Assembly: GCA_964016885.1 (NCBI GenBank)
Contig: OZ024743.1
Coordinates: 132,308,001-132,372,000 of the forward strand
DNA length: 64,000 nucleotides
Reading direction: 5' to 3'
Source: Eledone cirrhosa
Lineage: Eukaryota
Part shown: piece by piece, positions 35,701 to 48,600 of the stretch
Layout of the letters: every line of letters begins with the position of its first letter
Numbering within the stretch: position 1 is the stretch's first letter
Made by a program: the position numbers and the translations under genes
The notes under the pieces: model-generated
What the model saw: only the letters and a program-made list of their open reading frames with translations
Told to the model about the DNA's origin: nothing
The model's database searches: none

Positions 35701-38700
35701 TTGGTGCTTGTTGATTGGTGCCTGGTACTTGGTGCTTGGTGCTTGTTGTTTGGTGCTTGGTGCTTGGTGATTAGTGTTTGGTGCTTGGTGCTTGCAGTTT
35801 GGTGTTTGGTGCTTGGGGTTTGGTTTTGGTGCATGGTGCTTGGTGTTTGGTGTTTGGTGCTAGGGGCTTGGTGCTTGCTGTTTGGTGTTTGGTGCTTGGT
35901 GCGTGGGACTTAGTGTTTGGTGCTTGGTGTTTGGTGCTTGGTGTTTGGTGTTTCGTTTTTGTGATTGGTGCTTGGTGCTTGGTGTTTGGTGCTTGGTGCT
36001 TGGTGTTTGGTGTTTGGGGCTTGGTGTTCGGTGCTTGGTGCTTGGTCCTTGGTGCTTGGTGTTTGGTGTTTGGTGCTTGGTGCTTGGTGTTTGATGTTGG
36101 TTCCTTGGTGCTTGTTCTTTGGTGTCTGGTGCTTGGTGTTTGGCGTTTGGTGCTTGGTGCCTGGTGCTTGTTGTTTGGTGTTTGGTGCATAGTGCTTGGT
36201 GTTTGGTGTTTGGTGCTTGGTGCTTGGTGGCTGGTGTTTGGTGCTTGGTGTTTGGTGTTTTGTGCTTGGTGCTTGGTGCCTGGTGTTTCGTGCTTGGTGC
36301 TTGGTGCTTGGTGCTTGGTGTTTGATGCTGCGTGCTTGGTGTTTGGTGTTTGGTGCTTGGTGCTTGGTGTTTGGTGTTTGGTGCTTGGTGCCTGGGGCTT
36401 GTTGTTTGGGGTTTGGTGCTTGGTGCTTCGTGTATGGTGTTTGGTGCTTGGTGCTTGGTATCTGGTGTTTGGTGCTTGGTGTTTGGTGTTTGGTGCTTGG
36501 TGCTTGGTGCTTGGTGTTTGGTGTTTGGTGCTTGGTGCTTGGTGTTTGGTGCTTGGTGTTTGGTGTTTGGTGTTTGATGCTTGGTGTTTGCTGCTTGGTG
36601 CTTGGTGCTTGGTGTTTTGTGTTTGGTGCTTGGTGTTGGTGCCTGGTACTTGGTGCTTGGTGCTTGTTGTTTGGTGCTTGGTGCTTGGTGATTAGTGTTT
36701 GGTGCTTGGTGCTTGCAGTTTGGTGTTTGGTGCTTGGGGTTTGGTGTTTGGTGCATGGTGCTTGGTGTTTTGTGTTTGGTGTTTGGTGCTTGGTGCTTGG
36801 TGTTTGGGTTTTGGTGCTTGGTGCTTGGTGTTTGGTGTTTGGTGCTTGGTGTTTGGTGTTTGGTGCTTGGTGTTTGGTGTTTGGTGCTTGGTGCTTGGTG
36901 TTTGGTGTTTGATGCTTGGTGTTTGATGCTTGTTGCTTGGTGCTTGGTGTTTTGTATTTGGTGTTTGATGCTTGGTGTATGTACTTGGTGCTTGGTGCTT
37001 GGTGTTTGGTGCTTGGTCCTTGGTGTTTGGTGATTGGTGCTTGGTGCTTGGTGTTTGGTGCTTGGTGCTTGGTGTTTGGTACTTGGTGCTTGGTGTTTGG
37101 TGTTTGGTGCTTGGTGTTTGGTGCTTGGTGCTTGGTGCTTGGTGCTTGGTCTTTGGTGCTTGGGGTTTGGTGCTTGGTGCTTGGTGCTTGGTGTTTGGTG
37201 CTTGGTGCTTGGTGCTTGGTGCTTGGTGTTTGGTGCTTGCTGCTTGGTGCTTGGTGTTTGGTGCTTGGTGCTTGGTGATTATTTTTTGGTGATAGGTGCT
37301 TGGGGTTTGGTGTTTGGTGCTTGGTGTTTGGTGCTTGGTGCTTGCTGTTTGATGTTTGGTGTTTGGTTCTTGGTGCTTGGTGTTTGGTGTTTTGTGTTTG
37401 GTTCTTGGTGCTTGGTGCTTGGTGTTTGGTGTTTGGTGTTTGGTGTTTGGTGTTTGCTGTTTGGTGCTTGGTGCTTGGTGTTTGGTGTTTTTTGTTTGGT
37501 GCTTGGTGCTTGGTGTTTGGTGCTTGGAGCTTGGTGCTGGGTGTTTGGTGCTTGGTGCTTGGTGCTTGGTCTTTGGTGCTTGGGGTTTGGTGTTTGGTGC
37601 TTGGTGCTTGGTGTTTGGTGCTTGGTGCTTGGTGCTTGGTGCTTGGTGTCTGGTGCTTGCTGCTTGGTGCTTGGTGTTTGGTGCTTGGTGCTTGGTGATT
37701 AGTTTTTGGTGATAGGTGCTTGGTGCTTGGTGCTTGGTGCTTGGTGCTTGGTGCCTGGTGCTTGTTGTTTGGTGTTTGGTGCTTAGTGCTTGGTGTTTGG
37801 TGTTTGGTGCATGGTGCTTGGTGATTGGTGCTTGGTGCCTGGTGCTTGGTGTTTGGTGCTTGGTGTTTGGTGTTTGGTGCTTGGTCTTTGATGCTTGGGG
37901 TTTGGTGTTTGGTGCTTGGTGCTTGGTGTTTGATGCTTGGTGCTTGGTGCTTGGTGTTTGCTGTTTGGTGTTTGGTGTTTGGTGCTTGCTGTTCGGTGCT
38001 TGGTGCTTGGTGTTTGGTGCTTGGTGTTTGGTGCTTGGTGATTTGTGTTTGGTGATTGGTGCTTGGGGTTTGGTGTTTGGTGCTTGGTGTTTGGTGCTTG
38101 GGGCTTGCTGTTTGGTGTTTGGTGTTTGGTTCTTGGTGCTTGGTGTTTGGTGTCTGGTGTTTGGTGCTTGGTGCTTGGTGCTTGGTGTTTGGTGCTTGGT
38201 GCTTGGTGCTTGGTGTTTGGTGCTGCGTGCTTGGTGTTTGGCGTTTGGTGCTTGGTGCCTGGTGCTTGTTGTTTGGTGTTTGGTGCATAGTGCTTGGTGT
38301 TTTGTGTTTGGTGCTTGGTGCTTGGTGGCTGGTGTTTGGTGCTTGGTGTTTGGTGTTTTGTGCTTGGTGCTTGGTGCCTAGTGTTTCGTGCTTGGTGCTT
38401 GGTGCTTGGTGTTTGGTGTTTGGTGCTTGGCGTTTGGTGTTTGGTACTTGGTGCTTGGTGCTTGGTGCTTGGTGTTTGGTGCTTGGTGCTTGGTGCTTGG
38501 TGTTTGATGCTGCGTGCTTGGTGTTTGGTGTTTGGTGCTTGGTGCTTGGTGTTTGGTGTTTGGTGCTTGGTGCCTGGGGCTTGTTGTTTGGGGTTTGGTG
38601 CTTGGTGCTTCGTGTATGGTGTTTGGTGCTTGGTGCTTGGTATCTGGTGTTTGGTGCTTGGTGTTTGGTGTTTGGTGCTTGGTGCTTGGTGCTTGGTGTT

Positions 38701-39639
38701 TGGTGTTTGGTGCTTGGTGCTTGGTGTTTGGTGCTTGGTGTTTGGTGTTTGGTGCTTGGTGCTTGGTGTTTGATGTTGGTTCCTTGGTGCTTGTTCTTTG
38801 GTGTCTGGTGCTTGGTGTTTGGCGTTTGGTGCTTGGTGCCTGGTGCTTGTTGTTTGGTGTTTGGTGCATAGTGCTTGGTGTTTGGTGTTTGGTGCTTGTT
38901 GCTTGGTGGCTGGTGTTTGGTGCTTGGTGTTTGGTGTTTTGTGCTTGGTGCTTGGTGCCTGGTGTTTCGTGCTTGGTGCTTGGTGCTTGGTGTTTGGTGT
39001 TTGGTGCTTGGCGTTTGGTGTTTGGTACTTGGTGCTTGGTGCTTGGTGCTTGGTGTTTGGTGCTTGGTGCTTGGTGCTTGGTGTTTGATGCTGCGTGCTT
39101 GGTGTTTGGTGTTTGGTGCTTGGTGCTTGGTGTTTGGTGCTTGGTGTTTGGTGTTTGGTGCTTGGTGCTTGGTGTTTGATGTTGGTTCCTTGGTGCTTGT
39201 TCTTTGGTGCTTGGTGCTTCGTGTTTGGTGTTTGGTGCTTGGTGCCTGGGGCTTGTTGTTTGGGGTTTGGTGCTTGGTGCTTCGTGTATGGTGTTTGGTG
39301 CTTGGTGCTTGGTATCTGGTGTTTGGTGCTTGGTGTTTGGTGTTTGGTGCTTGGTGCTTGGTGCTTGGTGTTTGGTGTTTGGTGCTTGGTGCTTGGTGTT
39401 TGGTGCTTGGTGTTTGGTGTTTGGTGTTTGATGCTTGGTGTTTGCTGCTTGGTGCTTGGTGCTTGGTGTTTTGTGTTTGGTGCTTGGTGTTGGTGCCTGG
39501 TACTTGGTGCTTGGTGCTTGTTGTTTGGTGCTTGGTGCTTGGTGATTAGTGTTTGGTGCTTGGTGCTTGCAGTTTGGTGTTTGGTGCTTGGGGTTTGGTG
39601 TTTGGTGCATGGTGCTTGGTGTTTTGTGTTTGGTGTTTG

Positions 39640-42600
39640 GTGCTTGGTGCTTGGTGTTTGGGTTTTGGTGCTTGGTGCTTGGTGTTTGGTGTTTGGTGCT
39701 TGGTGTTTGGTGTTTGGTGCTTGGTGTTTGGTGTTTGGTGCTTGGTGCTTGGTGTTTGGTGTTTGATGCTTGGTGTTTGATGCTTGTTGCTTGGTGCTTG
39801 GTGTTTTGTATTTGGTGTTTGATGCTTGGTGTATGTACTTGGTGCTTGGTGCTTGGTGTTTGGTGCTTGGTCCTTGGTGTTTGGTGATTGGTGCTTGGTG
39901 CTTGGTGTTTGGTGCTTGGTGCTTGGTGTTTGGTACTTGGTGCTTGGTGTTTGGTGTTTGGTGCTTGGTGTTTGGTGCTTGGTGCTTGGTGCTTGGTGCT
40001 TGGTCTTTGGTGCTTGGGGTTTGGTGTTTGGTGCTTGGTGCTTGGTGTTTGGTGCTTGGTGCTTGGTGCTTGGTGCTTGGTGTTTGGTGCTTGCTGCTTG
40101 GTGCTTGGTGTTTGGTGCTTGGTGCTTGGTGATTATTTTTTGGTGATAGGTGCTTGGGGTTTGGTGTTTGGTGCTTGGTGTTTGGTGCTTGGTGCTTGCT
40201 GTTTGATGTTTGGTGTTTGGTTCTTGGTGCTTGGTGCTTGGTGTTTGGTGTTTGGTGTTTGGTGTTTGGTGTTTGCTGTTTGGTGCTTGGTGCTTGGTGT
40301 TTGGTGTTTTTTGTTTGGTGCTTGGTGCTTGGTGTTTGGTGATTGGAGCTTGGTGCTGGGTGTTTGGTGCTTGGTGCTTGGTGCTTGGTGCTTGGTCTTT
40401 GGTGCTTGGGGTTTGGTGTTTGGTGCTTGGTGCTTGGTGTTTAGTGCTTGGTGCTTGGTGCTTGGTGCTTGGTGTCTGGTGCTTGCTGCTTGGTGCTTGG
40501 TGTTTGGTGCTTGGTGCTTGGTGATTAGTTTTTGGTGATAGGTGCTTGGTGCTTGGTGCTTGGTGCTTGGTGCTTGGTGCCTGGTGCTTGTTGTTTGGTG
40601 TTTGGTGCTTAGTGCTTGGTGTTTGGTGTTTGGTGCATGGTGCTTGGTGATTGGTGCTTGGTGCCTGGTGCTTGGTGTTTGGTGCTTGGTGTTTGGTGTT
40701 TGGTGCTTGGTCTTTGATGCTTGGGGTTTGGTGTTTGGTGCTTGGTGCTTGGTGTTTGATGCTTGGTGCTTGGTGCTTGGTGTTTGCTGTTTGGTGTTTG
40801 GTGTTTGGTGCTTGCTGTTCGGTGCTTGGTGCTTGGTGTTTGGTGCTTGGTGTTTGGTGCTTGGTGATTAGTGTTTGGTGATTGGTGCTTGGGGTTTGGT
40901 GTTTGGTGCTTGGTGTTTGGTGCTTGGGGCTTGCTGTTTGGTGTTTGGTGTTTGGTTCTTGGTGCTTGGTGTTTGGTGTCTGGTGTTTGGTGCTTGGTGC
41001 TTGGTGCTTGGTGTTTGGTGCTTGGTGCTTGGTGCTTGGTGTTTGGTGCTGCGTGCTTGGTGTTTGGCGTTTGGTGCTTGGTGCCTGGTGCTTGTTGTTT
41101 GGTGTTTGGTGCATAGTGCTTGGTGTTTGGTGTTTGGTGCTTGGTGCTTGGTGGCTGGTGTTTGGTGCTTGGTGTTTGGTGTTTTGTGCTTGGTGCTTGG
41201 TGCCTAGTGTTTCGTGCTTGGTGCTTGGTGCTTGGTGTTTGGTGTTTGGTGCTTGGCGTTTGGTGTTTGGTACTTGGTGCTTGGTGCTTGGTGCTTGGTG
41301 TTTGGTGCTTGGTGCTTGGTGCTTGGTGTTTGATGCTGCGTGCTTGGTGTTTGGTGTTTGGTGCTTGGTGCTTGGTGTTTTGTGTTTGGTGCTTGGTGCC
41401 TGGGGCTTGTTGTTTGGGGTTTGGTGCTTGGTGCTTCGTGTATGGTGTTTGGTGCTTGGTGCTTGGTATCTGGTGTTTGGTGCTTGGTGTTTGGTGTTTG
41501 GTGCTTGGTGCTTGGTGCTTGGTGTTTGGTGTTTGGTGCTTGGTGCTTGGTGTTTGCTGCTTGGTGCTTGGTGCTTGGTGTTTTGTGTTTGGTGCTTGGT
41601 GTTGGTGCCTGGTACTTGGTGCTTGGTGCTTGTTGTTTGGTGCTTGGTGCTTGGTGATTAGTGTTTGGTGCTTGGTGCTTGCAGTTTGGTGTTTGGTGCT
41701 TGGGGTTTGGTGTTTGGTGCATGGTGCTTGGTGTTTTGTGTTTGGTGTTTGGTGCTTGGTGCTTGGTGTTTGGGTTTTGGTGCTTGGTGCTTGGTGTTTG
41801 GTGTTTGGTGCTTGGTGTTTGGTGTTTGGTGCTTGGTGTTTGGTGTTTGGTGCTTGGTGCTTGGTGTTTGGTGTTTGATGCTTGGTGTTTGATGCTTGTT
41901 GCTTGGTGCTTGGTGTTTTGTATTTGGTGTTTGGTGCTTGGTGTATGTACTTGGTGCTTGGTGCTTGGTGTTTGGTGCTTGGTCCTTGGTGTTTGGTGAT
42001 TGGTGCTTGGTGCTTCGTGTTTGGTGCTTGGTGCTTGGTGTTTCGTACTTGGTGCTTGGTGTTTGGTGTTTGGTGCTTGGTGTTTGGTGCTTGGTGCTTG
42101 GTGCTTGGTGCTTGGTCTTTGGTGCTTGGGGTTTGGTGTTTGGTGCTTGGTGCTTGGTGTTTGGTGCTTGGTGCTTGGTGCTTGGTGCTTGGTGTTTGGT
42201 GCTTGCTGCTTGGTGCTTGGTGTTTGGTGCTTGGTGCTTGGTGATTATTTTTTGGTGATAGGTGCTTGGGGTTTGGTGTTTGGTGCTTGGTGTTTGGTGC
42301 TTGGTGCTTGCTGTTTGATGTTTGGTGTTTGGTTCTTGGTGCTTGGTGTTTGGTGTTTTGTGTTTGGTTCTTGGTGCTTGGTGCTTGGTGTTTGGTGTTT
42401 GGTGTTTGGTGTTTGGTGTTTGCTGTTTGGTGCTTGGTGCTTGGTGTTTGGTGTTTTGTGTTTGGTGCTTGGTGCTTGGTGTTTGGTGCTTGGAGCTTGG
42501 TGCTGGGTGTTTGGTGCTTGGTGCTTGGTGCTTGGTGCTTGGTCTTTGGTGCTTGGGGTTTGGTGTTTGGTGCTTGGTGCTTGGTGTTTGGTGCTTGGTG

Positions 42601-45600
42601 CTTGGTGCTTGGTGCTTGGTGTCTGGTGCTTGCTGCTTGGTGCTTGGTGTTTGGTGCTTGGTGCTTGGTGATTAGTTTTTGGTGATAGGTGCTTGGTGCT
42701 TGGTGCTTGGTGCTTGGTGCTTGGTGCCTGGTGCTTGTTGTTTGGTGTTTGGTGCTTAGTGCTTGGTGTTTGGTGTTTGGTGCATGGTGCTTGGTGATTG
42801 GTGCTTGGTGCCTGGTGCTTGGTGTTTGGTGCTTTTTGTTTGGTGTTTGGTGCTTGGTCTTTGATGCTTGGGGTTTGGTGTTTGGTGCTTGGTGCTTGGT
42901 GTTTGATGCTTGGTGCTTGGTGCTTGGTGTTTGCTGTTTGGTGTTTGGTGTTTGGTGCTTGCTGTTTGGTGCTTGGTGCTTGGTGTTTGGTGCTTGGTGT
43001 TTGGTGCTTGGTGATTAGTGTTTGGTGATTGGTGCTTGGGGTTTGGTGTTTGGTGCTTGGTGTTTGGTGCTTGGGGCTTGCTGTTTGGTGTTTGGTGTTT
43101 GGTTCTTGGTGCTTGGTGTTTGGTGTCTGGTGTTTGGTGCTTGGTGCTTGGTGCTTGGTGTTTGGTGCTTGGTGCTTGGTGCTTGGTGTTTGGTGCTGCG
43201 TGCTTGGTGTTTGGCGTTTGGTGCTTGGTGCCTGGTGCTTGTTGTTTGGTGTTTGGTGCATAGTGCTTGGTGTTTGGTGCTTGGTGCTTGGTGCTTGGTG
43301 GCTGGTGTTTGGTGCTTGGTGTTTGGTGTTTTGTGCTTGGTGCTTGGTGCCTGGATTTTCGTGCTTGGTGCTTGGTGCTTGGTGTTTGGTGTTTGGTGCT
43401 TGGCGTTTGGTGTTTGGTACTTGGTGCTTGGTGCTTGGTGCTTGGTGTTTGGTGCTTGGTGCTTGGTGCTTGGTTTTTGATGCTGCGTGCTTGGTGTTTG
43501 GTGTTTGGTGCTTGGTGCTTGGTGTTTGGTGTTTGGTGCTTGGTGCCTGGGGCTTGTTGTTTGGGGTTTGGTGCTTGGTGCTTCGTGTATGGTGTTTGGT
43601 GCTTGGTGCTTGGTATCTGGTGTTTGGTGCTTGGTGTTTGGTGTTTGGTGCTTGGTGCTTGGTGCTTGGTGTTTGGTGTTTGGTGCTTGGTGCTTGGTGT
43701 TTGGTGCTTGGTGTTTGGTGTTTGGTGTTTGATGCTTGGTGTTTGCTGCTTGGTGCTTGGTGCTTGGTGTTTTGTGTTTGGTGCTTGGTGTTGGTGCCTG
43801 GTACTTGGTGCTTGGTGCTTGTTGTTTGGTGCTTGGTGCTTGGTGACTAGTGTTTGGTGCTTGGTGCTTGCAGTTTGGTGTTTGGTGTGGGGTTTGGTGT
43901 TTGGTGCATGGTGCTTGGTGTTTTGTGTTTGGTGTTTGGTGCTTGGTGCTTGGTGTTTGGGTTTTGGTGCTTGGTGCTTGGTGTTTGGTGTTTGGTGCTT
44001 GGTGTTTGGTGTTTGGTGCTTGGTGTTTGGTGTTTGGTGCTTGGTGCTTGGTGTTTGGTGTTTGATGCTTGGTGTTTGATGCTTGTTGCTTGGTGCTTGG
44101 TGTTTTGTATTTGGTGTTTGGTGCTTGGTGTATGTACTTGGTGCTTGGTGCTTGGTGTTTGGTGCTTGGTCCTTGGTGTTTGGTGATTGGTGCTTGGTGC
44201 TTGGTGTTTGGTGCTTGGTGCTTGGTGTTTGGTACTTGGTGCTTGGTGTTTGGTGTTTGGTGCTTGGTGTTTGGTGCTTGGTGCTTGGTGCTTGGTGTTA
44301 AGTGTTTGGTGCTTGGTGCTTGGTGTTTGGTGCATGGTGCTTGGTGATTGGTGCTTGGTGCCTGGTGCTTGGTGTTTGGTGCTTGGTGTTTGGTGCATGG
44401 TGTTTGGTGCTTGGTGTTCGGTGCTTTGTGCTTGGTACTTGGTGCTTGGTGTTTGGTGCTTGGTGCTTGGTGCTTGGTGTTTGGCTTTTGCTCTTTGCTG
44501 TTTGGTGTTTGGTGTTTGGTGTTTGGTGTTTGGTGCTTGCTGTTTGGTGTTTGGTGCTTGGTGCTTGGTGCTGGGTGTTTGGTGCTTGGTGCTTGGTGCT
44601 TGGTGCTTGGTCTTTGGTGCTTGGGGTTTGGTGTTTGGGGCTTGGTGCTTGGTGTTTGGTGCTTAGTGCTTGGTGCTTGGTGCTTGGTGCTTGGTGCTTG
44701 CTGCTTGGTGCTTGGCGTTTGGTGCTTGGTGCTTGGTGATTATTTTTTGGTGATAGGTGCTTGGGGTTTGGTGTTTGGTGCTTGGTGTTTGGTGCTTGGT
44801 GCTTGCTGTTTGATGTTTGGTGTTTGGTTCTTGGTGCTTGGTGTTTGGTGTTTTGTGTTTGGTTCTTGGTGCTTGGTGCTTGGTGTTTGGTGTTTGGTGT
44901 TTGGTGTTTGGTGTTTGGAGCTTGCTGTTTGGTGCTTGGTGCTTGGTGTTTGGTGTTTTGTGTTTGGTGTTTGGTGCTTGGTGTTTGGTGCTTGGTGCTT
45001 GGTGCTGGGTGTTTGGTGCTTGGTGCTTGGTGCTTGGTGCTTGGTCTTTGGTGCTTGGGGTTTGGTGTTTGGTGCTTGGTGCTTGGTGTTTGGTGCTGGG
45101 TGCTTGGTGCTTGGTGCTTGGTGTCTGGTGCTTGCTGCTTGGTGCTTGGTGTTTGGTGCTTGGTGCTTGGTGATTAGTTTTTGGTGATAGGTGCTTGGTG
45201 CTTGGTGTTTGGTGCTTGGTGCTTGGTGCCTGGTGCTTGTTGTTTGGTGTTTGGTGCTTAGTGCTTGGTGTTTGGTGTTTGGTGCATGGTGCTTGGTGAT
45301 TGGTGCTTGGTGCCTGGTGCTTGGTGTTTGGTGCTTGGTGTTTGGTGCATGGTGTTTGGTGCTTGGTGTTCGGTGCTTTGTGCTTGGTGCTTGGTGCTTG
45401 ATGTTTGGTCCTTGGTGCTAGGTGTTTGGTGTTTTGTGCTTGGTGCTTGGTGTTTGGGTTTTGGTGCTTGGTGCTTGGTGTTTGGTGTTTGGTGCTTGGT
45501 GTTTGGTGTTTGGTGCTTGGTGTTTGGTGTTTGGTGCTTGGTGCTTGGTGTTTGGTGTTTGATGCTTGGTGTTTGATGCTTGTTGCTTGGTGCTTGGTGT

Positions 45601-48600
45601 TTTGTATTTGGTGTTTGATGCTTGGTGTATGTACTTGGTGCTTGGTGCTTGGTGTTTGGTGCTTGGTCCTTGGTGTTTGGTGATTGGTGCTTGGTGCTTG
45701 GTGTTTGGTGCTTGGTGCTTGGTGTTTGGTACTTGGTGCTTGGTGTTTGGTGTTTGGTGCTTGGTGTTTGGTGCTTGGTGCTTGGTGCTTGGTGCTTGGT
45801 CTTTGGTGCTTGGGGTTTGGTGTTTGGTGCTTGGTGCTTGGTGTTTGGTGCTTGGTGCTTGGTGCTTGGTGCTTGGTGTTTGGTGCTTGCTGCTTGGTGC
45901 TTGGTGTTTGGTGCTTGGTGCTTGGTGATTATTTTTTGGTGATAGGTGCTTGGGGTTTGGTGTTTGGTGCTTGGTGTTTGGTGCTTGGTGCTTGCTGTTT
46001 GATGTTTGGTGTTTGGTTCTTGGTGCTTGGTGCTTGGTGTTTGGTGTTTGGTGTTTGGTGTTTGGTGTTTGCTGTTTGGTGCTTGGTGCTTGGTGTTTGG
46101 TGTTTTTTGTTTGGTGCTTGGTGCTTGGTGTTTGGTGATTGGAGCTTGGTGCTGGGTGTTTGGTGCTTGGTGCTTGGTGCTTGGTGCTTGGTCTTTGGTG
46201 CTTGGGGTTTGGTGTTTGGTGCTTGGTGCTTGGTGTTTAGTGCTTGGTGCTTGGTGCTTGGTGCTTGGTGTCTGGTGCTTGCTGCTTGGTGCTTGGTGTT
46301 TGGTGCTTGGTGCTTGGTGATTAGTTTTTGGTGATAGGTGCTTGGTGCTTGGTGCTTGGTGCTTGGTGCTTGGTGCCTGGTGCTTGTTGTTTGGTGTTTG
46401 GTGCTTAGTGCTTGGTGTTTGGTGTTTGGTGCATGGTGCTTGGTGATTGGTGCTTGGTGCCTGGTGCTTGGTGTTTGGTGCTTGGTGTTTGGTGTTTGGT
46501 GCTTGGTCTTTGATGCTTGGGGTTTGGTGTTTGGTGCTTGGTGCTTGGTGTTTGATGCTTGGTGCTTGGTGCTTGGTGTTTGCTGTTTGGTGTTTGGTGT
46601 TTGGTGCTTGCTGTTCGGTGCTTGGTGCTTGGTGTTTGGTGCTTGGTGTTTGGTGCTTGGTGATTAGTGTTTGGTGATTGGTGCTTGGGGTTTGGTGTTT
46701 GGTGCTTGGTGTTTGGTGCTTGGGGCTTGCTGTTTGGTGTTTGGTGTTTGGTTCTTGGTGCTTGGTGTTTGGTGTCTGGTGTTTGGTGCTTGGTGCTTGG
46801 TGCTTGGTGTTTGGTGCTTGGTGCTTGGTGCTTGGTGTTTGGTGCTGCGTGCTTGGTGTTTGGCGTTTGGTGCTTGGTGCCTGGTGCTTGTTGTTTGGTG
46901 TTTGGTGCATAGTGCTTGGTGTTTGGTGTTTGGTGCTTGGTGCTTGGTGGCTGGTGTTTGGTGCTTGGTGTTTGGTGTTTTGTGCTTGGTGCTTGGTGCC
47001 TAGTGTTTCGTGCTTGGTGCTTGGTGCTTGGTGTTTGGTGTTTGGTGCTTGGCGTTTGGTGTTTGGTACTTGGTGCTTGGTGCTTGGTGCTTGGTGTTTG
47101 GTGCTTGGTGCTTGGTGCTTGGTGTTTGATGCTGCGTGCTTGGTGTTTGGTGTTTGGTGCTTGGTGCTTGGTGTTTTGTGTTTGGTGCTTGGTGCCTGGG
47201 GCTTGTTGTTTGGGGTTTGGTGCTTGGTGCTTCGTGTATGGTGTTTGGTGCTTGGTGCTTGGTATCTGGTGTTTGGTGCTTGGTGTTTGGTGTTTGGTGC
47301 TTGGTGCTTGGTGCTTGGTGTTTGGTGTTTGGTGCTTGGTGCTTGGTGTTTGCTGCTTGGTGCTTGGTGCTTGGTGTTTTGTGTTTGGTGCTTGGTGTTG
47401 GTGCCTGGTACTTGGTGCTTGGTGCTTGTTGTTTGGTGCTTGGTGCTTGGTGATTAGTGTTTGGTGCTTGGTGCTTGCAGTTTGGTGTTTGGTGCTTGGG
47501 GTTTGGTATTTGGTGCATGGTGCTTGGTGTTTTGTGTTTGGTGTTTGGTGCTTGGTGCTTGGTGTTTGGGTTTTGGTGCTTGGTGCTTGGTGTTTGGTGT
47601 TTGGTGCTTGGTGTTTGGTGTTTGGTGCTTGGTGTTTGGTGTTTGGTGCTTGGTGCTTGGTGTTTGGTGTTTGATGCTTGGTGTTTGATGCTTGTTGCTT
47701 GGTGCTTGGTGTTTTGTATTTGGTGTTTGGTGCTTGGTGTATGTACTTGGTGCTTGGTGCTTGGTGTTTGGTGCTTGGTCCTTGGTGTTTGGTGATTGGT
47801 GCTTGGTGCTTCGTGTTTGGTGCTTGGTGCTTGGTGTTTCGTACTTGGTGCTTGGTGTTTGGTGTTTGGTGCTTGGTGTTTGGTGCTTGGTGCTTGGTGC
47901 TTGGTGCTTGGTCTTTGGTGCTTGGGGTTTGGTGTTTGGTGCTTGGTGCTTGGTGTTTGGTGCTTGGTGCTTGGTGCTTGGTGCTTGGTGTTTGGTGCTT
48001 GCTGCTTGGTGCTTGGTGTTTGGTGCTTGGTGCTTGGTGATTATTTTTTGGTGATAGGTGCTTGGGGTTTGGTGTTTGGTGCTTGGTGTTTGGTGCTTGG
48101 TGCTTGCTGTTTGATGTTTGGTGTTTGGTTCTTGGTGCTTGGTGTTTGGTGTTTTGTGTTTGGTTCTTGGTGCTTGGTGCTTGGTGTTTGGTGTTTGGTG
48201 TTTGGTGTTTGGTGTTTGCTGTTTGGTGCTTGGTGCTTGGTGTTTGGTGTTTTGTGTTTGGTGCTTGGTGCTTGGTGTTTGGTGCTTGGAGCTTGGTGCT
48301 GGGTGTTTGGTGCTTGGTGCTTGGTGCTTGGTGCTTGGTCTTTGGTGCTTGGGGTTTGGTGTTTGGTGCTTGGTGCTTGGTGTTTGGTGCTTGGTGCTTG
48401 GTGCTTGGTGCTTGGTGTCTGGTGCTTGCTGCTTGGTGCTTGGTGTTTGGTGCTTGGTGCTTGGTGATTAGTTTTTGGTGATAGGTGCTTGGTGCTTGGT
48501 GCTTGGTGCTTGGTGCTTGGTGCCTGGTGCTTGTTGTTTGGTGTTTGGTGCTTAGTGCTTGGTGTTTGGTGTTTGGTGCATGGTGCTTGGTGATTGGTGC

